DNA of 48,485 nt from a virus. The DNA is taken from the IMG/VR virus record IMGVR_UViG_3300028048_000011, positions 1 through 48,485 of that record. One strand, given 5' to 3'. Positions 33,553-43,444 of the stretch are shown here, one piece after another. Positions within the stretch are counted from its first letter, which is position 1, and each line of letters opens with the position of its first letter. The notes beneath the pieces were generated by a model. The model had not been told where the DNA came from. It searched no databases and saw only the letters and a program-made list of their open reading frames with translations. The position numbers and the translations under genes are program-made.

Positions 33553-34080
33553 ATGAGCAACATCGGAAACATGGTACCCGAAGTCATCAACGCATATAAC
33601 GTGTACCTTGAAGGCAAGGTTCTCGGCGTTTCGGGCGAAGTAGAACTCCCTGAACTGGAGGCGATGACAGAGACCGTGGAGGCAGCAGGTGTTCTCGGTG
33701 AGATCGAGACTCCGGCAACTGGCCACTACGGCAGCACCACGATGAAGATCCCGTTCGCAATTTTGCACGAGGATGTATTCTCCCTGGTCGATACCACCAA
33801 GGCTCTCGAACTCACACTTCGTGGATCCGAGCAGTTCATGGACAGGAAGACTGGAAACACCGAGGACATCCCTGTCAAGATCGTGATCAGAGGCAAGGCA
33901 AAGACCAATACCCTCGGCACTTTCGCAAAGGGCAAAAAGGGCGAGCCGGAGATCGAGATCGAGTGCTTCTACATCAAGATCGTGATCAACGGAGACGATA
34001 AGTTCGAGCTTGACAAGCTGAACTTCAAGTGCGTTGTGAACGGCAAGGATCTCATGGCGAAGATCCGCAAGAACATCTGA
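33553..34080 (+). CDS. Tail tube protein
   Basis: The product is 175 aa and follows the sheath gene. Confidence 0.8.
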   Translation: MSNIGNMVPEVINAYNVYLEGKVLGVSGEVELPELEAMTETVEAAGVLGEIETPATGHYGSTTMKIPFAILHEDVFSLVDTTKALELTLRGSEQFMDRKTGNTEDIPVKIVIRGKAKTNTLGTFAKGKKGEPEIEIECFYIKIVINGDDKFELDKLNFKCVVNGKDLMAKIRKNI

Positions 34081-34095
34081 TAGGAGGAATCACGC

Positions 34096-34455
34096 ATGGC
34101 TGAAAAGATTACAAATATCGAAGAAGCGCAGGTAACTGCAAAGAAGGAAGAGACGGTGGGGGAGGAATCCCTCATCGTCAAACTTTCCAGAATATATGAC
34201 TTTGAAGGAGAGAAGATCTCCGAGATCGATTTTTCAGGGTTAGAGGATGTGACCGCAAAGACAATGATCAAGGCGAACAAGGTACTCACCGCATCTGGCG
34301 ATGTCCAGATCATGCCGGAGAGCAGCCTCCACTACGCATTGATCATCGCAGCGGAATGCACCAAGTACCCGATCGAATTCTATGAGCGCCTTCGTCCGAA
34401 GGACGCAACCAAGATCAAGAACACAGTCACGGGTTTTTTCTACGCAGAAGAATAA
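34096..34455 (+). CDS. Tail assembly chaperone (G-like, zero-frame product)
   Basis: The product is 119 aa and lies directly upstream of the tape measure gene. Confidence 0.8.
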   Translation: MAEKITNIEEAQVTAKKEETVGEESLIVKLSRIYDFEGEKISEIDFSGLEDVTAKTMIKANKVLTASGDVQIMPESSLHYALIIAAECTKYPIEFYERLRPKDATKIKNTVTGFFYAEE

Positions 34456-34610
34456 GACTCGAAGACGCAAGAGACCTACGAAAACTATGTCTCACACTTT
34501 CCATGAATCTCAATTCAGACTGGGATAAATTCGAGAGAATGTCCATTTTTGAACTTCTGGATCTGTGTGATGACCTGAAAGAACTACAGAAGGAGATGAA
34601 GCAGAAATGA
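34096..34610 (+). CDS. Tail assembly chaperone, -1 frameshift product (GT-like)
   Basis: The zero frame reads GGT TTT TTC at 34432-34440. A -1 slip opens a 56-codon extension (LRRRIRLEDARDL...KELQKEMKQK) that ends at TGA 34608-34610, overlapping the tape-measure ATG. Confidence 0.7.
34434..34440 (+). promoter_or_regulatory. Slippery heptamer T TTT TTC for -1 programmed frameshifting
   Basis: It has X XXY YYZ phasing relative to the 34096 frame and lies 15 nt before the zero-frame stop. Confidence 0.65.
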
Positions 34611-37600
34611 GCGAATACGATATAGCGATTAAAATAGCCGGACAGCTTGAAGGCTCTTTTAAGAATGCCATCAAGGGCGCTCAATCTGGCCTCTCTGGTC
34701 TCGGTGTTTCAGGAAAAGTCGGAACATTGGCATTAAAAGGCATCGGAGTAGCCGCCAAAGCAACTGCGGCCGCACTTGCGGCAACAGGAACTGCGGCGGT
34801 CGCTCTCGGTGGCTATGCCGTAAGCGTGGGAAAAGACTTCGAAGCGCAGATGTCCACAGTTCAATCCATTTCAGGAGCAACAGGCGATGAGTTCGAAGCG
34901 CTGAAGGCAAAGGCCAAGGAGATGGGATCCACAACCTCATTCTCTGCAACCGAAGCCGGAGCAGCCATGGAATACATGGCAATGGCAGGATGGAAGTCCG
35001 AAGACATGATAGAAGGTATCGGAGGCATCATGAACCTGGCGGCAGCGTCAGGAGAAGACCTCGCCCTCACATCAGATATCGTGACAGATGCCCTGACCGC
35101 TTTCGGATTGTCAGCCAAAGACTCCGGGCATTTTGCGGATGTACTGGCTGCGGCAAGTTCAAACGCTAATACCAATGTCGCAATGCTCGGTGAATCATTC
35201 CAGTACGCAGCACCAGTAGCCGGAGCGCTCGGTATATCTGCAGAAGATACATCAGTCGCTCTCGGTCTTATGGCGAACGCAGGTATCAAGGCGTCATCCG
35301 CAGGTACTGCGCTACGAACAGGACTGACAAACCTCGCAAAGCCTACCAAGCAGATGCAACAGTACATGGATAGGTACAACATCGCTATGGTAAAGAACGA
35401 AGACGGATCCATAAACCTGCGAGACACGATGATAGACCTCCGCCAGAAGATGAACGGACTATCAGAATCAGAGCAGGCAGCGGCGGCAGCGGCAATCTTC
35501 GGAAAGAACTCCATGGCAGGATGGCTCGCCATAGTGAACTCCTCTGATGAGGACTTCAATAAACTGGCAGGAGCAATCGACAACTGCAATGGAAAAGCCG
35601 AAGAGATGGCGGCAATTAAACTGGATAATCTGGAGGGTGACATAACCCTCTTAAAGAGTGCAGCGGAAGGCTTCGGCATTTCACTGTACGAAAATATGCA
35701 AGGACCCATGAGAGAATGGGTTCAGTTCGGTAAAGACCAGATCGGCATCCTTCAGGAGGCTCTCGACAGCGGAGGCTTTGAAGGACTGGCATCAGCCATA
35801 GGCGATGTCCTGGCAAACGGAGTGGTCAAGATTGGAGACGCAGCGCCTGATTTCATAAACGGAGCGGCAGACATAGTCGAGGCACTCATTGACGGTATAG
35901 ACGGCAAGTCCCCGGAACTGGGAGCAGCCATGGCAAGGCTCGGAACAGCCCTCCTGAATGCAGCAATCAGGCTCATACCTCGCATGATCGTAACAGGCGG
36001 AAAGCTGATGGTCGAATTTGCAAAGGGCATGGTGGACAACCTCCCGGCGCTGAAAGAAGCCGGAACAGAGGCGGTCGCATATTTCTGGCAGGCTATCAAG
36101 TCAGCATTCGGCAGCTACAAAGACTTCCTGGGCGATGAAGAGGTCGAGCCTTTCAAGAAGGTACTCGCTCTCCTTCCTGCACTCGTGGCAGGCTTCGCAG
36201 TCTTCGATGGAATCGGCGGATCCATAAAAGGATTTGTAACCGCATTCAAGGGAGCAGGAAAAGCCGTACCGGGAGCGGCAAAAGGAATCGGCGGAGCAGG
36301 CAAGACCATGTCCGCAGTAGCAAAGAACATCCTCGGTGTAGGCGCAGGCTTCGCACTTGCGGCCGCAGGCATCTGGTTATTAGTGGATGCGGCAGAGAGG
36401 ATATCCCAGGCAGGACCCGGAGCGGCAATAGCGCTCGTGGCGATGGTCGGCGGAATCGTAGCCTTAATGGCAATCGCATCGAAACTCGGACCCGAACTGC
36501 AGGCAAGTCAGCAAGGCCTGATCGCTTTCGGAGCAGCAATGCTCATGACGGCAGCGGCGATGGCGATAATGTCCTATGCGGCCATTCAACTGGCAAACGC
36601 AGGACCGCTCGCATTCGCATCACTCGCCCTGATGATCGGAGGCATGGCAGGAATGATGGCTATAGCCGGAGCGTTCGGAACACAACTGGCAACAGCGGCA
36701 CCCGGACTGATCGCATTCGGAGCGGCGATACTTCTCGCAGCGGCAGGCATGGCGATCATGACATACTGCGCAATCACACTCACCAATGCAGGAACAGGAG
36801 CGATCGCAATGTTCGCAGGACTGGCAATCGGTCTGATCGCATTCATGGCGGTAGCGGCTCTACTGGGTCCGATGCTCGTGACAGGTGGAGCAGGAATGCT
36901 TCTTCTTGGAGCAGGACTTCTCGTAGCGGCAGCAGCCATGGCACTGATGGCGAACACAGCAATCATGCTCTCGAACGCAGGAACAGGAGCGATAGTAATG
37001 CTCGTAGCACTTGTGGCAATCATCCTGGCATTCGGAGCGGCGGCCGGAGCGTTAGCACCACTTCTCATGGCAGGCGGAGCAGCACTCGCAGTATTCGGAG
37101 CAGGACTCCTCGTGGTGAGCGCAGCGGCAGCAGTAGCGGCGGCGGCTCTCCTCATTATCTCCCTGGCTCTTCCTTCGCTCTCACAGTATGGAGCGTCAGG
37201 AGCCGTAGCAATACTCGAACTCGGAGCAGCAATGGGAGTATTCGCAGCCGGAGCAGTAGCGGCAGGAGCAGGAGCCGGAGCAGCGGCTCTCGGTTTCGGA
37301 GGTTTAGCGCTTGCGGCGGCAGCAGCAGATCTGGCATTCGCACCGCTCGCATTGGAAATGACTGCAGTAGCGGCAGCGGTAGCAATCATCGGAGCATCGT
37401 CCTCTGCGGCGGCTTCAGGTCTTACAACCATGAAGGGTAGCACGGATGGCATGGTAATAGCCATGGGAAAACTCGCCCTGGCATTCGCACCAGTAACCGT
37501 GGCGATAGTTCCATATGCAGCGGCAGTAGTCGCAGGAACGGCGGCAACAGTAGCACTGGCAGCTTCGATAGGAGCGACCACGCTCACCCTCGTAGCCATG

Positions 37601-38602
37601 GCTGCGGCATTGGCAGCGGTACTGCTCGCACTTGCAGGAATCAATCTGGCGATAACAACCTTCAGAACACAGGCGGTAGTTCTCGGAACATCCACTCTGA
37701 TAGCTACGATGGCATTCACAAGGTTCGGAGCGGCGGTAGCGCCTATGAGCGCATCGCTCACCCAGATCGTAGCGCCTATGACCAGAGCAGGAGCGGCATC
37801 GATAGTCCTGGCAACAGGCATGACCAAGAGCGTGGGATCCGCAAGACAGATGGCGGTAGCGCTCGCAGCACTTGCGGTGGCATCGGCAGCAGGATCCGCA
37901 GCATTCAGAAGCCTGCTGACCAATATCAGCCAGAATATGACCCAGGCGCAGGCAGAGACCCAGACGAAGACTACGGCGATGGTCGCAGTCATAAGGATGG
38001 GTGGAACGCAGATCCTGATGATCGCCACGATGACGGCGAATGGAGTGCGTCAGGCATTCAGTATCGACCTCACATCGAGCGGACAGAACATGATGCAGGG
38101 TCTCATCAACGGCATGAACTCAATGGCGGCACAGGTGCAGGCAACCGCAGCCAGAATAGCGAACCAGGCGGCGCAGGCCGTGAACAACGCACTGCAGATA
38201 CACTCTCCGTCACAACTGATGGTGGAATCAGGACAGTACACTGGCGAAGGACTGGCAATCGGTATGCAGAACCGCACATCCGATGTTCAGGTGGCGGCGC
38301 AGGCAATGACACAGCCGATCCAAGACCAGAGTCAGCAGATGAGAGACATGAGCGCTCCGCAGACGGAAAGCAGAAGCGGAGTAATCGGAGAGACCATCGA
38401 CAATCTGGCAGGAGGAACAACAAACAACAATACAACCACGAATCAGACATCAAGTCCGACCTTCAACTTCAACCCGACCTATGTGATCGAAGGCAACGCA
38501 GATCAGGAGACAATCCAAGAGGCGAACAAGATGAGTCAGGCGGACTTCGAGAAGATGATGAACGAGTGGATGCGCACGAACAAGCGTGTCCAGTTCGCAT
38601 AG
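34607..38602 (+). CDS. Tail tape measure protein (TP901-type core plus a very long hydrophobic Ala/Gly/Leu/Met region)
   Basis: The product is 1331 aa. The N-terminal core contains SFSATEAGAAMEYMAMAGW...NANTNVAMLGESFQYAAPVAG. Confidence 0.9.
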   Translation: MSEYDIAIKIAGQLEGSFKNAIKGAQSGLSGLGVSGKVGTLALKGIGVAAKATAAALAATGTAAVALGGYAVSVGKDFEAQMSTVQSISGATGDEFEALKAKAKEMGSTTSFSATEAGAAMEYMAMAGWKSEDMIEGIGGIMNLAAASGEDLALTSDIVTDALTAFGLSAKDSGHFADVLAAASSNANTNVAMLGESFQYAAPVAGALGISAEDTSVALGLMANAGIKASSAGTALRTGLTNLAKPTKQMQQYMDRYNIAMVKNEDGSINLRDTMIDLRQKMNGLSESEQAAAAAAIFGKNSMAGWLAIVNSSDEDFNKLAGAIDNCNGKAEEMAAIKLDNLEGDITLLKSAAEGFGISLYENMQGPMREWVQFGKDQIGILQEALDSGGFEGLASAIGDVLANGVVKIGDAAPDFINGAADIVEALIDGIDGKSPELGAAMARLGTALLNAAIRLIPRMIVTGGKLMVEFAKGMVDNLPALKEAGTEAVAYFWQAIKSAFGSYKDFLGDEEVEPFKKVLALLPALVAGFAVFDGIGGSIKGFVTAFKGAGKAVPGAAKGIGGAGKTMSAVAKNILGVGAGFALAAAGIWLLVDAAERISQAGPGAAIALVAMVGGIVALMAIASKLGPELQASQQGLIAFGAAMLMTAAAMAIMSYAAIQLANAGPLAFASLALMIGGMAGMMAIAGAFGTQLATAAPGLIAFGAAILLAAAGMAIMTYCAITLTNAGTGAIAMFAGLAIGLIAFMAVAALLGPMLVTGGAGMLLLGAGLLVAAAAMALMANTAIMLSNAGTGAIVMLVALVAIILAFGAAAGALAPLLMAGGAALAVFGAGLLVVSAAAAVAAAALLIISLALPSLSQYGASGAVAILELGAAMGVFAAGAVAAGAGAGAAALGFGGLALAAAAADLAFAPLALEMTAVAAAVAIIGASSSAAASGLTTMKGSTDGMVIAMGKLALAFAPVTVAIVPYAAAVVAGTAATVALAASIGATTLTLVAMAAALAAVLLALAGINLAITTFRTQAVVLGTSTLIATMAFTRFGAAVAPMSASLTQIVAPMTRAGAASIVLATGMTKSVGSARQMAVALAALAVASAAGSAAFRSLLTNISQNMTQAQAETQTKTTAMVAVIRMGGTQILMIATMTANGVRQAFSIDLTSSGQNMMQGLINGMNSMAAQVQATAARIANQAAQAVNNALQIHSPSQLMVESGQYTGEGLAIGMQNRTSDVQVAAQAMTQPIQDQSQQMRDMSAPQTESRSGVIGETIDNLAGGTTNNNTTTNQTSSPTFNFNPTYVIEGNADQETIQEANKMSQADFEKMMNEWMRTNKRVQFA

Positions 38603-38614
38603 AGGAGGTAGAGC

Positions 38615-38878
38615 ATGGCAAAGACATACACCACGATCCAGGGCGATACCTGGGATTTAATCGCATACAAGGTGTACGGCGAAGAAAAGTATATGCGCTA
38701 CCTTCTCGAAGCAAACTGGCCGCTCATAGACACCCTGGTATTCTCGGCAGGAACGGTAGTAACCATACCAGACCTGCCGGAAGAGCCGGATGAAGACGCT
38801 CCGTTCTGGAGACAAGATACAGACGGAGAGGACAGCGCAACAACCTACTCGCAGACCACGGAGGTAGACGATGAGTGA
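38615..38878 (+). CDS. LysM-like tail protein X (P2 gpX / XkdP-like)
   Basis: The sequence is YTTIQGDTWDLIAYKVYGEEKYMRYLLEANWPLIDTLVFSAGTVVTIP. Confidence 0.75.
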   Translation: MAKTYTTIQGDTWDLIAYKVYGEEKYMRYLLEANWPLIDTLVFSAGTVVTIPDLPEEPDEDAPFWRQDTDGEDSATTYSQTTEVDDE

Positions 38879-40166
38879 CAATCCAAGAAGGGCGAAAGTC
38901 TCGCTCAAATTCAACGGAAAAAATGTGACCACTCGCCTGAAGAACTACCTCGAATCAGTGAAGTACACCGATGTGGCATCAGGGAGTAGCGATCAATTAG
39001 ACCTGAAGCTGCAGAACATCAATGCGAACTGGCTCGGAAAATGGTATCCGACCAAGGGAGACAAGGTAGTCGGGTCCTTTACATTCGTGAACTGGAAGAA
39101 GGACGGCAAGGACATCAACCTCGCACTCGGAAAGTTCACGATGGACGATATCCGATTTTCAGGCGGACCCATGATCGCACAGTTCGGATGCGTGGCCGTA
39201 CCGAATGACGAATCATTCAGAGTCCGGGAGAGAACCAAAACATGGAAGGGAGTCACCATCCAAGGTATCGCCCAGGAGATCGCATCAAGGTACAACCTGA
39301 AGCTGAACTACTCGGCACCTACGATCAAGATCAATGAGATGGAGCAGAGCGACAAGACTGACTGCTCCTTCCTTTACGACATCTGCGACAAGTACGGAAT
39401 CTCGATGAAGGTCTACGCAGGATCCATAGCAATCTACGATCAGACCCAGATGGAAAAGAAGAAGAGCGTAGCCACCCTGAAGAGAACATCCTTCGTGGAT
39501 GATCACTGGGATTACACGGACACGCTCGCAGGAATCTACACCGGGGCAAGGATATCCTACAAGTCGAGCAGCGACAGCGAAGAGATAAGTATATACCTCG
39601 GCTTTCAGGCAGAGGACGCACCGGGCAGCCGTGTCCTTCGGATCAGCGAGACGGCGGACAGCGTAGAGGATGCCTACTACAAGGCAGCGGCGAAGGTCAA
39701 TAAATCGAACCAAGAAGCCACAACAATATCAGCCGACATATTCCCGAACCCGAAGATCTGCGCAGGAGTCTGCGTCAAGGTGACCGGGATGGGTAAGGCG
39801 AACGGAAAATACTTCGTGGATAAGTCCACCATCACGGTGGGAGAATCCGCAACAAAGCAATCAATCGAGATGCACAAGTGCCAGAGAAGACTCGTGAACG
39901 GAGCAGCACCTGCACCGAAGAAGGCAGCGGCAACCGCATCTGCAGGCAAGTCCTACAAGAAGGGCGATATCGTCCAGTTTAAGGGCGGCACTCATTATGT
40001 GAGTAGCTACGCAGGAGCAAAAGGATCCGCAGCAAGAGCCGGGCAAGCGAAGATCACGCAGGATCCTACCTGCAAAGGAAATGGCGGAGCGCATCCATGG
40101 CATCTGGTGCATACAGATAAGACATCCAATGTCTACGGATGGGTAGACGAAGGAACATTCGAGTAA
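38871..40166 (+). CDS. Late-control gpD-like tail/baseplate hub protein with an extra C-terminal ~85-aa domain
   Basis: The gpD-like core contains YNLKLNY...SDKTDCSFLYDICDKYGISMKV. The C-terminus reads KKGDIVQFKGGTHYVSSY...HPWHLVH...YGWVDEGTFE. Confidence 0.75.
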   Translation: MSDNPRRAKVSLKFNGKNVTTRLKNYLESVKYTDVASGSSDQLDLKLQNINANWLGKWYPTKGDKVVGSFTFVNWKKDGKDINLALGKFTMDDIRFSGGPMIAQFGCVAVPNDESFRVRERTKTWKGVTIQGIAQEIASRYNLKLNYSAPTIKINEMEQSDKTDCSFLYDICDKYGISMKVYAGSIAIYDQTQMEKKKSVATLKRTSFVDDHWDYTDTLAGIYTGARISYKSSSDSEEISIYLGFQAEDAPGSRVLRISETADSVEDAYYKAAAKVNKSNQEATTISADIFPNPKICAGVCVKVTGMGKANGKYFVDKSTITVGESATKQSIEMHKCQRRLVNGAAPAPKKAAATASAGKSYKKGDIVQFKGGTHYVSSYAGAKGSAARAGQAKITQDPTCKGNGGAHPWHLVHTDKTSNVYGWVDEGTFE

Positions 40167-40179
40167 CAGGAGGAAGAGC

Positions 40180-40635
40180 ATGGCAGAGAGACTGATAAGG
40201 ATCGGAAGAGTATCCTCCGTAAATGCGGCCAAGGGAATGGTCAGCGTGACATACCCTGACCTCGACAACTCCGTAACCGGGGAATTCCCGGTCTTCTCCT
40301 TCACGGACGAATACAAGATGCCGAGCGTAGGAGCAGAAGTCCTCGTCCTGCATCTATCGAACGGACAGTCTGCAGGAATAGTCCTGGGCAGATACTGGAA
40401 CGGCTCGAACACTCCGCCTGTGAGTTCAGGCTTCAGGAAGGAAATGGGTGACGCATTCGGAGAAGCATACCTGCAGTACGCAGATGGAGTCCTCACGATC
40501 CACGCAGACAAGATCGTCCTCGATGGCGCTACAGAGGTGCCGGACGATTACGATCTGCAGAACGGCACTATCAAGCTAAAGGCTCATAAGCATACCGACA
40601 GCGTGGGCGGAAAGACCACCAAGGCGGAACCGTAA
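40180..40635 (+). CDS. Baseplate spike/assembly protein V-like
   Basis: The sequence is RIGRVSSVNAAKGMVSVTYPDLDNSVTGEFPV...GAEVLVLHLSNGQSAGIVLG. Confidence 0.7.
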   Translation: MAERLIRIGRVSSVNAAKGMVSVTYPDLDNSVTGEFPVFSFTDEYKMPSVGAEVLVLHLSNGQSAGIVLGRYWNGSNTPPVSSGFRKEMGDAFGEAYLQYADGVLTIHADKIVLDGATEVPDDYDLQNGTIKLKAHKHTDSVGGKTTKAEP

Positions 40636-40648
40636 GGAGGTATAGCAT

Positions 40649-41044
40649 ATGGCGCAACTTGCAAAATGGGGAGATATTACCTTCCGGGTAAATTCGGAGC
40701 AGGTCTTCTCATTCAGGAAAATGAAGCGGTCATACTCCGCAAGGTGGGCAAGCCACAACATACCGGGGAAGAGACCAAAAATGGAATTTCAGGGTCCGAA
40801 CATGGACGAGATGAGCATCGAAGTGATACTCGATGCAGAACTCGGAGTAGCACCCAGATCAGCCATGAAGAAGTTCAGAACGGCGGCCAAGAAGGGCAAA
40901 GTCCACTACTTCTACATCGGCGGAAAGAAGGTAGTCGCAAGGAAGATGTACATATCTGCCGGATCCGAAAACTGGAACGAGATATGGAACGGCGGCGAAC
41001 TGGTGCGAGCCACGGCAACCCTGACATTCAACGAATACAGATAA
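40649..41044 (+). CDS. P2 gpU-like tail protein
   Basis: The pattern F..R...ARW..H...GKRPKMEFQGP..DEMSIEV.L parallels gpU family sequences as I recall them. Confidence 0.55.
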   Translation: MAQLAKWGDITFRVNSEQVFSFRKMKRSYSARWASHNIPGKRPKMEFQGPNMDEMSIEVILDAELGVAPRSAMKKFRTAAKKGKVHYFYIGGKKVVARKMYISAGSENWNEIWNGGELVRATATLTFNEYR

Positions 41045-41057
41045 GGAGGAAAGAGCG

Positions 41058-41390
41058 ATGGGTTTCACGAACCACATACAGACCATCAATATGGATGATA
41101 TGACAGACTTCGAGCGTATCGACTCCAACCTCCGAACCCTGATCGTCACACTGGAAGAAACACTCCCAGGTAGCCGAGGCTTCGGTCTTTCGGTGGAACT
41201 GGCAGACCTTATGCCAGAGCAGGCCAGAAACGACTTCGCAGCAGCTCTGGACGAAAAGGTGGAGAAGTACATACCAGAGATCAGGATCGCAGACATAGAA
41301 ATGGACATCGACATGAACGGCGTGACCCCCATGCAGATCTATGTAGAGGCGAATGACGAATACGAGGAAGGAGATGAAGACGATGATTAA
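41058..41390 (+). CDS. Baseplate wedge protein, gpW/gp25-like
   Basis: The product is 110 aa and lies directly upstream of baseplate J. Confidence 0.6.
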   Translation: MGFTNHIQTINMDDMTDFERIDSNLRTLIVTLEETLPGSRGFGLSVELADLMPEQARNDFAAALDEKVEKYIPEIRIADIEMDIDMNGVTPMQIYVEANDEYEEGDEDDD

Positions 41391-42528
41391 CGCAATCAAG
41401 AATCTGCCGGAGGTCAGCTTCGTAGACGGAAAGACCCTCGATGATGTGCAGAAGGAAATGGTCTCGGACTACGAGGCGAAATACAAAGAGGTCACAGGAA
41501 AGAGCCTCACTCTTCGGAGGGCGGATCCTGAAACTTTGAAAATCTATGCAGCATCCGTCCAGATATTCCAACTGCTCATGCACATAGACATGGCAGGAAA
41601 GATGGATCTGCTCAAATACGCATACGGAGACTTCCTGGACAACCTCGGAGCGCTCCGAGGGGTAACCAGGCTCCCGGCATATCCGGCAAAGGCAACGGTG
41701 CGCTTCACGCTTTCCGCAGCGCAGAACTCCGCAGTCACAATCCCGGAAGGAACAAGGGTATCGAACGGAGATATCCTCTACTTCGCTACAGACGAAGTGG
41801 CAGAGATAGCCATCGGACAGACCTATATCGATATCCCATGCACCTGCCTCGATGACGGAGAAGTAGGCAACGGACAACTCGCAGGAGTCCTGAACACGCT
41901 CGTGGACAGTATACCGTATGTGGCAAGCGTAGCGAATACAGAGGAGACATCAGGAGGAGCGGATATCGAATCAGACGAAGACTTCGCAGACCGCATCTAC
42001 CTCGCTCCCGGTTCTTATTCGGTGGCAGGACCCACGGATGCATATGTCTATCACACGAAATCCTACAGTTCCTCCATCGGAGATGTGGAGGTATCCTCGC
42101 CGGATGCCTGCGAAGTGGAAGTGCGCTTCTTAATGTCGGACAACTCCCTCCCGACCGCAGGAATGCTTGCAGAGGTCGAAGATTATCTATCTGCAGATGA
42201 CATCAGACCGCTCACGGATCAGCTGACAGTCCTCGCACCGACAGGCCAGAACTTCAACATCAATGTGACCTACTACATCAACAAGTCGGACACGGACAAA
42301 GCGGTATCCATCCAGGCGGCCGTAGGAACAGCCATAGCAGAATACATCAACTGGCAGACAGGAACTATAGGAAGGGATATCAACCCTTCAGTTCTCACCG
42401 AGATGATGGTGGCAGCAGGAGCAAAGAGAGTGGAGGTAACCTCCCCGGCATTCACTACGGTGCCGACAGGGAGCGTGGCAAGGGTAAACACCCAGACGGT
42501 GGCATACGGAGGATTAGAAGATGATTAA
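41383..42528 (+). CDS. Baseplate J-like protein
   Basis: The sequence begins MINAIKNLPEVSFVDGKTLDD... I chose the start at 41383, giving an ATGATTAA overlap with the upstream stop. The track start is 41353. Confidence 0.8.
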   Translation: MINAIKNLPEVSFVDGKTLDDVQKEMVSDYEAKYKEVTGKSLTLRRADPETLKIYAASVQIFQLLMHIDMAGKMDLLKYAYGDFLDNLGALRGVTRLPAYPAKATVRFTLSAAQNSAVTIPEGTRVSNGDILYFATDEVAEIAIGQTYIDIPCTCLDDGEVGNGQLAGVLNTLVDSIPYVASVANTEETSGGADIESDEDFADRIYLAPGSYSVAGPTDAYVYHTKSYSSSIGDVEVSSPDACEVEVRFLMSDNSLPTAGMLAEVEDYLSADDIRPLTDQLTVLAPTGQNFNINVTYYINKSDTDKAVSIQAAVGTAIAEYINWQTGTIGRDINPSVLTEMMVAAGAKRVEVTSPAFTTVPTGSVARVNTQTVAYGGLEDD

Positions 42529-43423
42529 AATTTCAGAAGGCGAACTTCTCGATCTCCTACCTTCGCAGCTGAAGAACGACACCGACATGATATGCCTCTC
42601 CTACGCATTGAAATGCGCCACAGATAGACTCCTGACATACGAGAGGCAGACGATGACGGACAACTTCATCGAAAGCCTGCCGGAAAAGATCCTCGATGTT
42701 CTGGCGGTCGAACTTCGAAGTCCATATTATATGCAGAACATGGATGTGGAGACAAAGAGAAGAATCATAAAGAACACCCTGATCTGGCATACCAAGGCAG
42801 GAACACCCTCTGCAGTTTCAGAGATGATCACGGCGATATTCGGAGAAGGATATCTGGTGGAGTGGTTCGACTTCACCGAGGGAGAAAAGACTCCCGGATA
42901 CTTCGACATCGTCACCAATGCAAGAATGACCGAGGACATCGTGGAATCATTCATGCAGATCATCAAGAGGGTGAAGAACGAGCGAAGCCATATCAGGAGA
43001 ATCCTGATAAACAGAAAAGTAGAACACCCTGAATGGGTAGCGTGGGGAGCGACATCCTCACCGAAGAGACCGATCACGAACGCTCCTGCGATCGGCAGGA
43101 ACGTGGACAGCGAAGAGCGGATAGGATCAACGGTCTCATCAAGTCCGAAACTCGGCATCCCGAACGGATATCCTGAAAGAGAAGCCGAAGCAAGCGGACA
43201 GGAACACGCAGGTGCGACAGCCATGTCGGCACCCAGAGAGATCATAGGGAACAGTGCGACCCCGACAACACGGTCGGTACTCAAAGAAGATAAAGTTCTG
43301 GCGGCAGCGGTATCCTCGCCTTACGTTCGGATCCTGAACGGAGCAGAGCCGAAGGAAAGCGCACCTACAGAGAATCAGAGAGTAGCGGTCGGAGTCGCAT
43401 CAAGTCCAAAAATAACAATCTAA
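42521..43423 (+). CDS. Tail protein I-like baseplate protein with a repeat-containing C-terminal extension
   Basis: The sequence contains LLDLLPSQLKNDTDMICLSYAL...LIWHTKAGTPSAV. The C-terminus carries five SSPK-type repeats. Confidence 0.7.
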   Translation: MIKISEGELLDLLPSQLKNDTDMICLSYALKCATDRLLTYERQTMTDNFIESLPEKILDVLAVELRSPYYMQNMDVETKRRIIKNTLIWHTKAGTPSAVSEMITAIFGEGYLVEWFDFTEGEKTPGYFDIVTNARMTEDIVESFMQIIKRVKNERSHIRRILINRKVEHPEWVAWGATSSPKRPITNAPAIGRNVDSEERIGSTVSSSPKLGIPNGYPEREAEASGQEHAGATAMSAPREIIGNSATPTTRSVLKEDKVLAAAVSSPYVRILNGAEPKESAPTENQRVAVGVASSPKITI

Positions 43424-43444
43424 AAAGGCAAGGAGGAAAAAGCC

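Noticed and set aside
36586-38028. A 480-aa ORF on the minus strand, the longest antisense ORF in the window.
   Set aside because: It lies entirely antisense to the Ala/Gly-rich core of the tape measure gene. Its translation is low-complexity (A/P/S/I-rich), it has no RBS, and it is explained by the GCN-codon periodicity of the sense strand.
40666-41103. A 145-aa plus-strand ORF in an alternative frame of the gpU-like gene.
   Set aside because: It overlaps 40649..41044 almost completely. The 40649 frame has a strong RBS (AAGGAGG) and a gpU-like pattern, whereas the alternative frame is R/E/G-rich.
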